Part shown: positions 1 to 12,620 of the stretch, in pieces | Layout of the letters: every line of letters begins with the position of its first letter | How positions within the stretch are numbered: the first letter of the stretch is position 1 | NCBI RefSeq assembly: GCF_009914755.1 | Contig: NC_060935.1 | DNA length: 64,000 bases | Strand: one strand, 5' to 3' | From: the human T2T-CHM13v2.0 reference genome, Homo sapiens | The notes under the pieces: model-generated | What the model was told of the DNA's origin: nothing | Seen by the model: the letters and a program-made list of their open reading frames with translations, nothing else | Databases searched by the model: none | Position numbers and translations under genes: made by a program

Positions 1-507
<507 letters not shown>

Positions 508-709
508 TAATTTTTCTCTTTTTTATTATACTTTAAGTTCTAGGATACATGCACAGAACGTACAGGTTTGTTACATAGGTATACATGCGACTTGTTGGTT
601 TGCTGCACCCATTAACCTGTTATCTAAATTAGCTATTTCTCCTAATGCTATCCCTCCCCTAGCCCCCATGCCCCCTACAGGCCCTGGTGTGTGATCTTCC
701 CCTCCCTGT

Positions 710-2974
710 GTCCATGTGTTCTCATTGTTCAATGCCCACTTATGAGTAAGAACATGTGGTGTTTGGTTTTCTGTTCCTGTGTTAGTTTGCTGAGAATGAT
801 TGTTTCCAGATTCATCCATGTCCCTGCAAAGGACATGAAGTCACCTTTTTTATGGCTGCATAGTATTCCATGGTGTATATGTGCCACATTTTCTTTATCC
901 AGTCAATCATTGATGGGCATTTGGGTTGGTTTCAAGTCTTTGCTATTGTGAACAGTGCTGCAATAAACATATGTCTGCATGTGTCTTTATAGTAGCATGA
1001 TTTATAATCCTTTGGGTATATACCCAGTAATGGGATTGCTGGATCAAATGGTATTTCTGGTTCTAGATCCTTGAGGAATTGCCACAGTGTCTTCCACAAT
1101 GGTTGAACTAATCTACTTCCCACCAATGATGTAAAAGCTTTCCTATTTCTCCACATCCTCTCCAGCATCTGTTGTTTCCTGACTTTTGAATGATTGCCAT
1201 TCTAACTGGTGTGAGATGGTATCTCATCGTGGTTTTGATTTGCATTTCTCTAATGACCAGTGATGATGAGCTTTTTTTTCATATGTTTGTTGGTTGCTTA
1301 AATGTCTTCTTTTGAGAAGTGTCTGTTCATATCCTTTGCCCACTTTTTGATGGGGTTGTTTGTTTTTTTCTTGTAAATTTGTTTAAGTTCCTTGTAGATT
1401 CTGGATATTAGCCCTTTGTCAGATGGACAGATTGCAAAATTTTTCTCCCATTGTGTAGGTTGCCTGTTCACTCTGATGATAGCTTCTTTTGCTGTGCAGA
1501 AGCTCATTAGTTTAATTAGATCCTATTTGTCAATTTTGGCTTTTGTTGCCATTGCTTTTTGTGTTTTAGTCATGAAGTCTTTGCCCATGCTTATGTCCTG
1601 AATGGTATTGCCTAGGTTTTCTTCTGAGGTTTTTGTGGTTTTAGGTCTTACGTTTAGGTCTTCAGTCCATCTTGAGTTAATTTTTCTATAAGGTATAATG
1701 AAGGGTTCCAGTTCCAGTTTTCTGCATATGGCTAGCCAATTTTCCCAACACCATTTATTCAGTAGGGAATCCTTTCCCCATTGCTTGTTTTTGTCAGGTT
1801 TGCCAAAGATCAGGTGGCTGTAAATGTGTGGCATTATTTCTGAGGCCTCTGTTCTGTTTCATTGGTCTATATATCTGTTTTGGTACCAGTACCTTACCGT
1901 TTTGGTTACTGTAGCCTTGTAGTATAGTTTGAAGTCAGGTAGCGTGATGCCATCAGCTTTGTTCTTTTTGCTTAGGATTGTCTTGGCCATATGGGCCATT
2001 TATTGGTTCCATATGAAATTAAAAGTAGTTTTTTCTAATTCTGTGAAGAAAGTCAATGGTAGCTTGATGGGGATAGCATTGAATCTATAAATTACTTTGG
2101 GCAGTATGGCCATTTTCATGATATTGATTCTTCCTATCCATGAGCATGGAATGTTTTTCCATTTGTTTGTGTCCTCTCTTATTTCCTTGAGCAGTGGTTT
2201 GTCGTTCTCCTTGAAGAGGTCCTTCACATCCCTTGTAACTTGTATTCCTAGGTATTTTATTCTCTTTATAGCAACTGTGAATGGGAGTTCATTGATGATT
2301 TGTCTCTCTGTTTGTCTATTATTAGTATATAAGAGTGCTTGTGATTTTTGCACATTGATTTTGTGTCCTGAGACTTTGCTGGAGTTGCTTATCAGCTTAA
2401 GGAGATTTTGGGCTGAGACAATGGGGTTCTCTAAATATACAATCATGTCATCTGCAAATGGAAACAATTTAACTTTCTCTCTTACTATTTGAATACCTTT
2501 TTTTCTTTCTCTTGCCAGATTGCCATGGACAGAACTTCCAATTCTATGTTGAATAAGAATGGTGAGAGAGGGCATCCTTGTCTTGTGCCAGTTTTCAAAG
2601 GGAATGCTTCCAGCTTTTGCCCATTCAGTATGATATTGGCTGCAGGTTTGTCATAAACAGCTCTTGTTATGTTGAAATACGTTCTAGTGGCCGGGCGTGG
2701 TGGCTCATGCCTGTAATCCCAGCACTTTGGGAGGCCGAGGTGGGCAGATCACGAGGTCAGGAGATCAAGACCATCCTGGCTGACACGGTAAAACCCCATC
2801 TCTACTAAAAAAATACAAAAAATTAGCTGGTTGTGGTGGCAGGCGCATGTAGTCCCAGCTACTCAGGAGGCTGAGGCAGGAGAACGGTGTGAACCCAGAA
2901 GGCGGTACTTGCAGTGAGCCGAGTATGCGCCACTGCACTCCAGCCTGGGCGATAGAGTGAGACTTTGTCTCAAA

Positions 2975-3006
<32 letters not shown>

Positions 3007-4888
3007 TATGTTCCATCACTACCTAGTTTATTGAGAGTTTTTAGAATGAAGAGGTGGTGAATTTTATTGAAGGCCTTTTCCGCATCTATTGAGATAATCA
3101 TGTGGTTTTTTTCATTGGTTGTGTTTATGTGATGGATTACAATTACTGATTTGCATATGTTGAGCCAGCCTTGCAACCCAGGGATGAAGCTGACTTGATC
3201 GTGGTGGATAAGTTTTTGATGTTCTGTTGGATTTGTTTTGCCAGTATTTTGTTGAGGATTTTCACATCGATGTTCATGAGGGATATTAGCCTGAAATTTT
3301 TGTGTGTGTTTGTCTCTGCCCGGTTTTCTTATCAGGATGATGCTGGCCTCATAAAATGAGTTAGGGAGGAGTCCCTCTTTTTCTATTGTTTGGAATAGTT
3401 TCAGAAGGAATGGTACTAACTCCTCTTCATACCTTTGGTAGAATTCGGCTGTGACTCTGTGTGGTCCTGGGCTTTTTTGTTTTGGTTGGTAGGCTGTTAA
3501 TTGCTGCCTCAATTTCAGAACTTGTTATTGGTCTATTCAGGGATTTGACTTCTTCCTGGTTTAGTCTTGGGAGGCTGTATATGTCCAGGAATTTATCCAT
3601 TTCTTCTAGATTTTCTAGTTTATTTGAGAGGGGGTGGTTTTTAGTATTCTATGATGGTAGTTTGTATTTCTGTGGGATAAGTGGTGATATCCCCTTTATC
3701 ATTTCTTATTGAATCTATTTGATTCTTTTTTATTCTTCTTTATTATTATTTATTATTCTGGCTAGTGGTCTGTCTATTTTGCTAATCTTTTCAAAAAACC
3801 AGCTCCTGGATTCATTGATTTTTTTTAAGGGTTTTTTGTGTCTCCTTCAGTTCTGCTCTGATCTTAGTTATTTCTTGTCTTCTGCTAGCTTTTGAATTTG
3901 TTTGCTCTTGCTTCTCTAGTTCTTTTAATTGTGATGTTACAGTGTCGATTTTAGATCTTTCCCACTTTGTCCTGTGGACATTTAGTTCTGTAAATTTCCC
4001 TCTAAACACTACTTTAGCTGTGTCGAAGACATTCTTGTGTATTGTGTCTTTGTTCTCATTTGTTTCAAAGAACTTATTTATTTTTGCCTTAATTTCATTA
4101 TTTACCCAGTAGTCATTCAGGAGCAGGTTGTTCTGTTTGCATGCAGTTGTGCAGTTTTGAATGAGTTTCCTAGTCTTGAGTTCTAATTTGATTGCACTGT
4201 GGTCTGAAAGACTGTTTGTTATAATTTGAATTCTTTTACATTTGCTGAGGAGTGTTTTACTTCCAACTATGTGGTCAATTTTAGAATGAGATGTGGTGCT
4301 GAGAAGAATGTATATTCTGTTGATTTGGGGTGGAGAGTTCTGTAGATGTCTATTAGGTCAGCTTGGTCCAGAGCTGAGTTCAAGTCCTGAAAATCCTTGT
4401 TAATTTTCTGTTGTATTGATCTAATATTGACAGTGGGGTGTTAGAGTCTCCCACTATTATTGTGTGGGAGTCTAAGTCTCTTTGTAAGTCTCTAAGAACT
4501 TGCTTTATGAATCTGGGTGCTCCTGTATTGGGTGCATATATATTTAGGATAGTTAGCTCTTCTTGTTGCGTTGATGCCTTCTCCACTATGTAATGCCCTT
4601 CTTTGTCTTTTTTGATCTTTGTTGGTTTAAAGTCTCTTTTATCAGAGACTAGGATTGCAAACCCTGCTTTTTTTTTTTTTTTTGCTTTCCATTTGCATGT
4701 TAAATATTCCTCCATTCCTTTATTTTGACCCTATGTATGTCTTTGAATGTGAGATGCATCTCCTGAATAAAGCATACTGTTGGGTCTGGATTCTTTACCC
4801 AATTTGCCAGTCTGTGTCTTTTAATTGGGGCATTTAGCCCATTTACATTTGAAGTTAATATCATTATTTGTGAATTTGATCCTGTCAT
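710..4888 (-). pseudogene. L1 ORF2 (EN/RT) disrupted by multiple stops, frameshifts and an AluY
   Basis: Peptides MTGSNSQIM..., [49 protein letters not shown] in different frames. Confidence 0.9.
2689..3002 (+). mobile_element. AluY inserted into L1PA7 ORF2
   Basis: ggccgggcgtggtggctc...gatcacgaggtcaggagatc...ggagaacggtgtgaaccc...poly(A); TSD gaaata(c/t)gttc at 2674-2684 and 3003-3013. Confidence 0.93.
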
Positions 4889-4959
4889 TATGACGCTAGC
4901 TGATTATTTCTCCTGTTATTTGATGCAATTTCTTCATAGTGCTGATGGTCTTTACAATT

Positions 4960-5973
4960 TGGTGTGTTTTTGCAGCGGCTGATACCGGTTTTTCCTTTCC
5001 ATATTTAGTGCTTCCTTCAGGAGTTCTGGTAAGGCAGGCCTGGTGGTAGCAAAATCTCTCAGCATTTGCTTGTCTGTAAATTTATTTCTCCTTCACTTAT
5101 GAAGCTTAGTTTGGCTGGTTATGAAATTCTGGGTTGAAAATTATTTTCTTTAAGAATGTTGAATACTGGCCCCCACTCTCTTCTGGCTTGTAGATTTTCT
5201 GCAGAGAGATCCTCTGTTAGTCTGATGGGCTTCCATTTGTAGGTAACCCGACCTTTCTCTCTGGCTGTTCTTAATATTTTTTCCTTCATTTCAACCTTGG
5301 TGAATCTGACGATTATGTGTCTTGGGGTTGCTCTTCTTGAGGAGTATCTTTGTGGTGTTTTCCATATTTCCTAAATTTGAATGTTGGCCTGTCTTTCTGG
5401 GCTGGGCAAGTTCTCTTGGATAATATAATGAAGAGTGTTTTCCAACTTGGTTCCATTCTCCCCATCACTTTCAGGTATACCAATCAGACGTAGACTTGGT
5501 CTTTTCACATAGTCCCATATTTCTTGGAGGATTTGTTGGTTCTTTTTCATTCTTTTTTTTCTAATCTTGTCTTCATGCTTTATTTCATTAAGTTGACCTT
5601 CAATGTCTGATATCCTTTCTTCTGCTTGACCGATTTAGCTATTGATGCTTGTGTATGCTTCACGAAGTTCTTCTGCTGTGTTTTTCAGCTCTATCAGGTC
5701 ATTCACATTCTTCTCTAAACTGGTTATTCTACTTAGCAATTCCTCTAACCTTTTTTCAAGGTTCTTAGCTTCCTTGCATTTGGTTACAACATGCTCCTTT
5801 AGCTTGGGGGAATTTGTTAATACCCACCTTCTGAAGCCTACTTCTGTCAATTCATCAAACTCATTCTCCATCCAGTTTTGTTCCCTTGCAGGCAAGGAGT
5901 TGTGATCCTTTGCAGGAGAAGAGGCATTCTGGTTTTTGGAATTTTCAGCCATTTTGGGCTGGTTTTTCCTCAT
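4960..5973 (-). pseudogene. L1 ORF1, premature stop after 112 aa
   Basis: MRKNQPKMAENSKNQNASSP...LEKNVNDLIELKNTAEELREAYTSINS* (ATG 5973, stop 5635-5637). Confidence 0.85.
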
Positions 5974-6679
5974 TTTCGTGGATTTATCTACCTTTGGTCT
6001 TTGATGTTGGTGACCTTCAGATAGGGTTTTTGAATGGATGTTCTTTTTGTTGATGTTGATGATATTGCTTTGTTTGTTAGTTTTCTTTCCAACAGTCATG
6101 CCCTTCTGCCGCAGGTCTGCTGGAGTTTGCTGGAGGTCCACTCCAGACCCTGTTTGCCTGGGTATCACCAGCAGAGGCTGCCGAACAGCAAAGATTGCTG
6201 CCTGTTCCTTCCTCTGGAAGCTTTGTCCCAGAGGGGCACCCACCAAATGCTAGCCAGAGCTCTCCTATATAAGGTGTCTCTTGATTCCTGCTGGGAGGTG
6301 TCTTCCAGTCAGGAGGCATGGGGGTCAGGGACCCACCTGAAGAGGCAGTCTGTCCCTTAGCAGAGCTTGAGCACTGTGCTGGGAGATCTGCTGCTCTCTT
6401 CAGAGCTGGCAGGCAGGAAAGTTTAAGTCTGCTGAAGCTGTACCCACAGCCGCCTTTTCCCCCAGGTGCTCTGTCCCAGGGAGATGGAAGTTTTATCTAT
6501 AAGCCCCTGTCTGGTCCTGCTGTCTTTCTTTCAGAGATGCCCTGCCCAGAGAGTTGGAATCTAGAGAGGTAGTCTGGCTACAGCAGCTTTGCTGAGCTGC
6601 AGTGGGCTTCGCCCAGTTCAAACTTCCCAGTAGCTTTGTTTACACTGTGATGGGAAAACTGCCTACTGAAGCTTCAGTA

Positions 6680-6898
6680 ATGGCAGATGCTCCTTCCCCC
6701 ACCAAGCTTGAGCATCCCAGGTCCACTTCAGACTGCTGTGCTGGCAGCGAGAATTTCAAGCCAGTGGATCTTAGCTTGCTGGGCTCCATGGGGGAGGGAT
6801 CCACTGAGCTAGACCACTTGGCTCCCTGGCTTCAGCCCCCTTTCCAGGGGAGTGAATGGTTCAGTCTCGCTGGCATTCCAGGCACCACTGGGGTATGA
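6680..6898 (+). CDS. Putative L1 antisense ORF0 homolog (72 aa) in the L1PA7 5'UTR
   Basis: MADAPSPTKLEHPRSTSDCCAGS... resembles the L1 ORF0 N-terminus MAGAPPPASLPPCSLISDCCAS; ATG context gtaATGg. Confidence 0.5.
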   Translation: MADAPSPTKLEHPRSTSDCCAGSENFKPVDLSLLGSMGEGSTELDHLAPWLQPPFQGSEWFSLAGIPGTTGV

Positions 6899-7314
6899 AA
6901 AAAAAAAAAGGTGCTAGCTCGCTGTCTGCCCAAACGGCTGCCCAGTTTCGTGCTTGAAACCCAGGGCCCTGGTATTGTAGGCACCTGAGGGAATCTCCTG
7001 GTCTGCAGGTTGCAAAGACCATTGGAAAAGTGTAGTGTCTGGGCTGGAATGCACTGTTCCTCACGGTACAGTCCCTCATGGCTTCCCTTGGCTAGGGGAG
7101 GCAGTTCCCTGACCCCTTGCACTTCCCGGGTGAGGTGACGCCCCACCCTGCTTTGGCTCTCTCTCTGTGGGCTGCACTCACTGTCTAACTAGTCCCAGTG
7201 AGAGAAGCCAGGTACCTCAGTTGGAAATGCAGAAATCACCCGCATTCTGCATTGACTGCACTGGGAGCTGCAGACCAGAGCTGTTCCTATTTGGCCATCT
7301 TGCCAGTCACTATC

Positions 7315-8120
7315 TAATTTTTCTCTTTATTATGGGTTATATTTTTCTGCTTCTATGCATGCCTGGTAATTTTTGACTAGATGTCAGACATTGTGAATTT
7401 TACAATGTTGGGTGTTTGATTTTTTTTTCCTATCAATATTCTTGAGTTTGTTCCGGGATGCATTTAAGTTATTTGGAAGCTATTTTTGATCTCCTCAGGT
7501 CTTACTTTTAAGCTCTGTTAAGCAGGACCAAAGAAACGTTTAATCTGAGACTTTTTTTTTTTTTAACCACCACTTAGGTAAAACCTTTCTGAGTACTCTA
7601 CTCAGTGCACTGTGAATTATGAAATGTTTCACTATTCTGGGTAGAAACAGGCATTAGTCCCAGTCTTATGTGAACCACATGTTCTTTTCTTACTGATCTA
7701 TTCTGTTGTTTTGTTTTTGGTCTTACATGCCTTCCTCACATACATGTGTTGACCATACTCAGTTGAATAATTTAGAGAAATCTTCTGCAGATATCTGGGT
7801 TTTTTGTTTCCTGTGCAACTCTCTCTTCTGGTATTCTGTTCTACTGAATTCTAACTGCCTTAATCTCCTTGGACTCCCATCTCCTTTATTCAGAGAGTGT
7901 TCTGGGCTCTGCTGGGGTTCCCCCTCCTTGTGCCATGCCCTGAAACTCTCTCCAGGCAGTAGGCTGGGCAATAACAGGATTAACTTTTTTAAATTTCTAA
8001 TTTTTCAGCAATCACCGTTTCTTGATGTTTAAGGTCTAGTGTCTTCAGAACCATTGTATATTTGTTTTATATTTTAGGTATTTTAGGCGTGTGGTTGCAT
8101 CCAGTTCCTGCTATTTTCTC
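7315..8120 (-). mobile_element. Ancient L1ME-like 5'/ORF1 fragment (continuation of the host)
   Basis: ttattatgggttatatttttctgcttctatgcatgcctggtaatttttgactagatgtcagacattgtgaattttac, typical of antisense L1ME 5' region. Confidence 0.65.
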
Positions 8121-8219
8121 TTGTCTTGATATATGTGTTTTGAGTGTTCTGGGATATTACTGAAAGTACAGAGCAGGACGCAACTGTGCCTGAAATGCAC
8201 CATGTCTCAGGATCACTGG

Positions 8220-8543
8220 TCATGCTGTTCCCTCTGCTGATAACACTATTCCACATATGTTTCATCTAGCTAACTTCTATTAGTCCTCTAAGTCTCTGTC
8301 TACACATTACTTTGTTCAGAAACCTGTTCCATGAACATCTGTCCTCTTAAATTTCCTCTTTTAGATGATTCTATAATATTCTGTACTTCCCCTTTAGTCA
8401 CACTTCTTTACAGTTATAATTTCCTTTATTTGTCTTTCTTCCCTGCAAAGTTATAAGCTCTATGAGGACAGAACCATCATTGTCTTATTCCCTATAGGAT
8501 TATAGAAAGGTGTTTAATAAGTTTTTGTTGAATGAATAAATAA
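8220..8543 (+). mobile_element. L2 3' end
   Basis: ataagctctatgaggacagaacc...ttgttgaatgaataaataaa terminus. Confidence 0.7.
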
Positions 8544-8662
8544 AAGATGATGACAGCAGTGTGTATAGCAGGGGCAATGGTGCCTGGTGGGTGGTGTGTA
8601 CTCAGAATAACCATTAATTATTGCTGCTGTAAATCACATGGTAGCTGACTGGAATGACTATT

Positions 8663-8667
<5 letters not shown>

Positions 8668-8722
<55 letters not shown>
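8668..8722. repeat. Compound microsatellite (CA)n(TA)n
   Basis: Seen directly. Confidence 0.97.
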
Positions 8723-8723
<1 letters not shown>

Positions 8724-9340
8724 GCATATCTGACATATGTTCTAAAATTCCAGACATAATTCATGGTTGAAGACAGAGGAAACTCCATGTAAGAAGGGGT
8801 CCTTCGTAGACCGATTAGTAAGGCAGGGGCAGTCAGCAAAATCTGGATGATTATTGTCATGAGTTAACTGTCTTTATAGACTGGTGGTGCTTGGGGATGG
8901 TCAGTTTACAAATATTTTATTTATCATGATAGGTGTGTGTGTTTTGTGTATGCATGTGTGTGTGTATATATATATATGAAGTTATATAGGATAAATATGT
9001 ATTTTTATTTGTTTGTTGCTTGTTTTACACCCCAAGACATACTTCCTAGGAAGTCAGGGAATGGCTTATTATGTTTTCTGCCCTCTTCCTGATTCTAGAG
9101 CAATCTTTTTCACATAGAGGCACTCAATGAATATTAGTTAAACATAGGAATAAGATACCTTTATGCTATTCTATTTTAATTCTGACTAAGTAGTATGATA
9201 AACTACTTCTTTTTTCCCTTTTTTTGTTAATTTTTAAAAACACAATTAAGTAGAAATCAAACTACAGTCTCTCTTTATTTTATCATGCCTATAGGGAGCC
9301 TGGCTGCAGAGATTAAAATGGCTTAACTAAGGCTCCAATG

Positions 9341-9356
9341 TCCACCTGGTGGCAGC
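9341..9356. promoter_or_regulatory. Candidate CTCF site
   Basis: tccacctggtggcagc (reverse gctgccaccaggtgga), close to the CTCF core CCACCAGGTGGCAGC. Confidence 0.45.
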
Positions 9357-10169
9357 TTAACTTAATCGCAGCCAAATTACCTCAGGAAATTAACAGCTTT
9401 CCAAAAGCTGATCTTGACAACTCAAACGTATAGAAGTCCCTGGGTACCTACGTGTCCACACAGCTCCTGTCTCTGGAGACAAGAGAAGCACCACGTTAAG
9501 CAGTGGGGAGACATCATTAAGGTTGTGATTAAGCTGTCTTGCTAGGCAAAAGATACCCTTCTGAGAGAAGGCCAAAGTTCTACCTGAAACATCACTACTT
9601 ATTACAAATTCCTGGTAATTTTCCTTACCAAATAAAAATAGGAGGAGGAAGTAATACTGCCTCAACATGAATGTTGCCAGAATAAAGACTGGGATGTGCA
9701 GGGTTAGGTGTTATAGAAGCCATAAATAAACGTGGATTTATGTACTCCCGAAGGGTAGAGTTATGGGGACAGGCAGGGTCAAGGACAGTGTAGATTCCAA
9801 GTAAGAAAAGTTGAGAACGGATCCTGAAAGGCATCAGAGACATGGCTGAGCAGGAAAAGAAAGGCTCAGTATTTTGGGAAAGCATGTATAGCACTGGTGA
9901 TGAGGGCAGAAAGAGTAGTTTCCAGGGTGATCTGACTGAGAACAATAGGACGGCATCTTTCCTCAGATCCACCTTAAATGAAAAGCTAAGCATATGCCAG
10001 CTTTCACTGCCTGAGTGTTGGTACCACCTGGCCCCTCTCTCCATGGCTCTCTTGGCTCATGGCAACAGACCGAGGTCCAGATGGGAAAGGCTAGACTCTA
10101 TCTAGGTATGGGATTTGATGTGTCTATTAGAGCAAAGCAAGAAATAAAATTCCAGTGCCATACTTTAAC

Positions 10170-10580
10170 CATTGTTGTTTTCAGGCTTCAGTGCACAAAA
10201 CAAACCACTCAGGGTATCTTAAGCAGATAGGGACTTATTATGAAAAATTAGGTCCTCCAATATGATTGGACTTGCTGCAGAAATAGAGTCAAGGGTTGAA
10301 ATCATCAAGTTCAAGCTGCAATCCAGGGAACAGAAAGCAACTGCGCTTGCCACAAATGCCTCTTGACACCCACGAAGCTGGGGACTGGACATGAGAATGA
10401 CATATCGGGCCACTCTTGCTTCTTGATCCTCACATTTTCAGCACTTTACCTGCCAGCATGAACAGCAGCAGCAGGGAGATGGCCTCTGCTCACATCCATC
10501 TTCTAAGTGTCAATCAAGTGTATTCAATTGGCTGAGCCTAAACTGCAGGCAGAATCTGAGAGACTGGGAAACATGGGGTT
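10170..10580. mobile_element. Old MaLR/ERVL LTR fragment (MLT1/LTR33-like)
   Basis: ccactcagggtatcttaagcagataggga and caattggctgagcctaa motifs typical of old MLT1-class LTRs. Confidence 0.45.
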
Positions 10581-10649
10581 TTGTTTTTGTTTTCAGTATT
10601 TCATTTCTCTCTAGAAGGGCTGGGACCAGAGTGAGGCAAAAGAGGGACC

Positions 10650-10830
10650 TAGGGCACACTCTTCTGGCTCCTAGTTTTCTTTGCTGATTCCTTTTCTTTT
10701 TCCTAACCTTTAAATATTATAATTCCTCTAAGCTCTATTATAATCCTCTTCTTGTATCACTCTACACACTCTCTCCCTGGTGACTTCACTCATTCCCATT
10801 CCAGATTACATCTTCAAGTCTGGTATCTTG
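10650..10830 (+). mobile_element. L2 fragment
   Basis: ctctacacactctctccctggtgacttcactcattccca. Confidence 0.55.
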
Positions 10831-11099
10831 TTCTGAATACCCAAGGATACTAATACTGTCAAGGGAATATGAACATATATTGGGGACTAGGGACTCACAT
10901 GCTTGTTCTATATATATAAATTGCATAAGGATTAATAAGAAAGATGCACAGTATGATACTTATTTCAGAGGAATAATTAATGAAGTAGATCAAACAAGAA
11001 TTTAAAATAAGCATATGAAGTGTTTTCAAAGATATAAAGAAAGATATTAGAAACATAAATCAGAAATAAGCAGTTATTAAGAAAAGCCAGAATGATATC

Positions 11100-12620
11100 A
11101 GTGAAAATGGTGAAGTAAGGAATAATAAAAGCTTATCTCTCCATAAAAGTGATGAAAAAGCTGGAAAAATGATCAGAATCAACTTTTTGAATCTCAGTAA
11201 AAACAGTGAGCTTTCTAACTTACCCTAGTATTCTAACTTACCCTAGTCTTATCTCCAGCTCCCTCATTCAGAGGCAGTCTTGAGAAATAACAGCTTTTAT
11301 TTTCAGTACCAGATGGAGCAGAATAGAGCTGGAGCTTTTTCAAACACTCATACTCAAAGAAGAATCATTATCTGATCTGTCCAGTAGTTCCTTGGAAGAT
11401 GCTACTTGTAAGACTTGTCCTTATCTGACCTCATTTGAACTTTCCCAGTGCTAAAAGCCTCTCCCAAAGGGGTGTTTGTCAGACAGCTTAAAATAATGGC
11501 TATCTGAAGGCGTGATAGCAGTTGTGGTAAATGACAGACTAATGAGAAAGCTAAATAGGAAAAGCTAAGGCATGAGATTCCATGAGCTTGGAAATCCTGT
11601 CATATATTTAAGTAATCTTAAATATATCATACATAGAGCCGTGTGCACACTCAGGAAAGATTGGAGAAATCTCTTAGCTCTCACCTTTGATTGACCTTGA
11701 ACCTTTGAGTAAGCAGGAAGTGAAGGCTAAGGCAGAGTTGTAAGCTGTCTGGCTGGGTGTGAAAGTGTGCCCCAACTTGCACATAGAGCACATCAATGTG
11801 TTGACTGCCTCATCTTCATTTCATTAGCGATGGAGGAATTCAGACCTTAGAGTCATGTGACTGGCAGAACACACAGCACCAGACACTGGACAGATGAGCT
11901 TAGTGGTAGCTTATTAGTCATATTTATTCACAGCCTGAGAGAGGCGAACATTACATATCACACAGGGCTTTGCAAGGGTTACGACTGGGATCAGAGTGAA
12001 CAAGCAGGGACTGTGGAAGCAGGCTTTGTAGTAATGAGGGCATAGTGACCCTCAGAATATGACTGGTTTCTTGAATAATTCTGTAGGCTGGTAGGAATCC
12101 AAATCCAGCTACTCAGTGATAAACAGGTGCTGTACATGGTCCCATAATGAGGAAGATTGTTTGGCTAGGGGACTTATTTATAGGAGCATAATAGGGAGGA
12201 GAACTTGAAGTTAGGCTATTTGAGGTACTCCCATTTCTCCCCAGGTGTCAAGGCACATATAATGTTGGACCTTAATTTTAGGGCCTATACCAGTCTTGGC
12301 AAAGACTGGAAAATTTATTGGTTCCAGGCATTTAAGGAAATCTCTGTTCAATCATTAGCTTACCACTAAGCTAACCAAGCATAGACTGCAGTGGCCATGC
12401 ACAACAGATACAGACTTTAAAGAATCAGTTAAAAAAATGAAAACCCTAAACAAAAACAACTACAACAAGCATAAATAACAAATCATGAGCAGAAAAGAAT
12501 CTTATTTCTGTACTTCCACATTATGTTATTTAAAATATCTGTTTGTCAACAAAAAATGATAATACATGACATGCAAAAAAATAAGAAAGGATGATCCATA
12601 CACAAATCCAGATCTTGAAT
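11100..12620 (+). mobile_element. Old L1 5' end (L1MD-like), split by an LTR
   Basis: aaaatggtgaagtaagga...gcaggaagtgaaggctaaggcagagttgtaagctg...gcaaagactggaaaatttattggttccagg. Confidence 0.65.
11797..12292 (-). mobile_element. Solo ERVL-class LTR (MER76-like)
   Basis: acactggacagatgag...gagtgaacaagcagggactgtggaagcaggctttgtag...ccttaattttagggcctatacca; the L1 5' sequence resumes on the other side. Confidence 0.6.

Larger units (their letters stand above)
522..7314 (-). mobile_element. Full-length LINE-1, L1PA7-like, inactive
   Basis: Antisense 3'UTR (ttattatactttaagttctaggatacat), fragmented ORF2/ORF1 peptides in the ORF track, 5'UTR ending ttggccatcttgccag (YY1 site 7293-7302); perfect 14-bp TSD taatttttctcttt at 508-521 and 7315-7328. 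Confidence 0.95.

Noticed and set aside
9390-10230. Overlapping 71-139 aa ORFs as a novel gene
   Set aside because: No recognisable domain or exon structure; lengths compatible with chance
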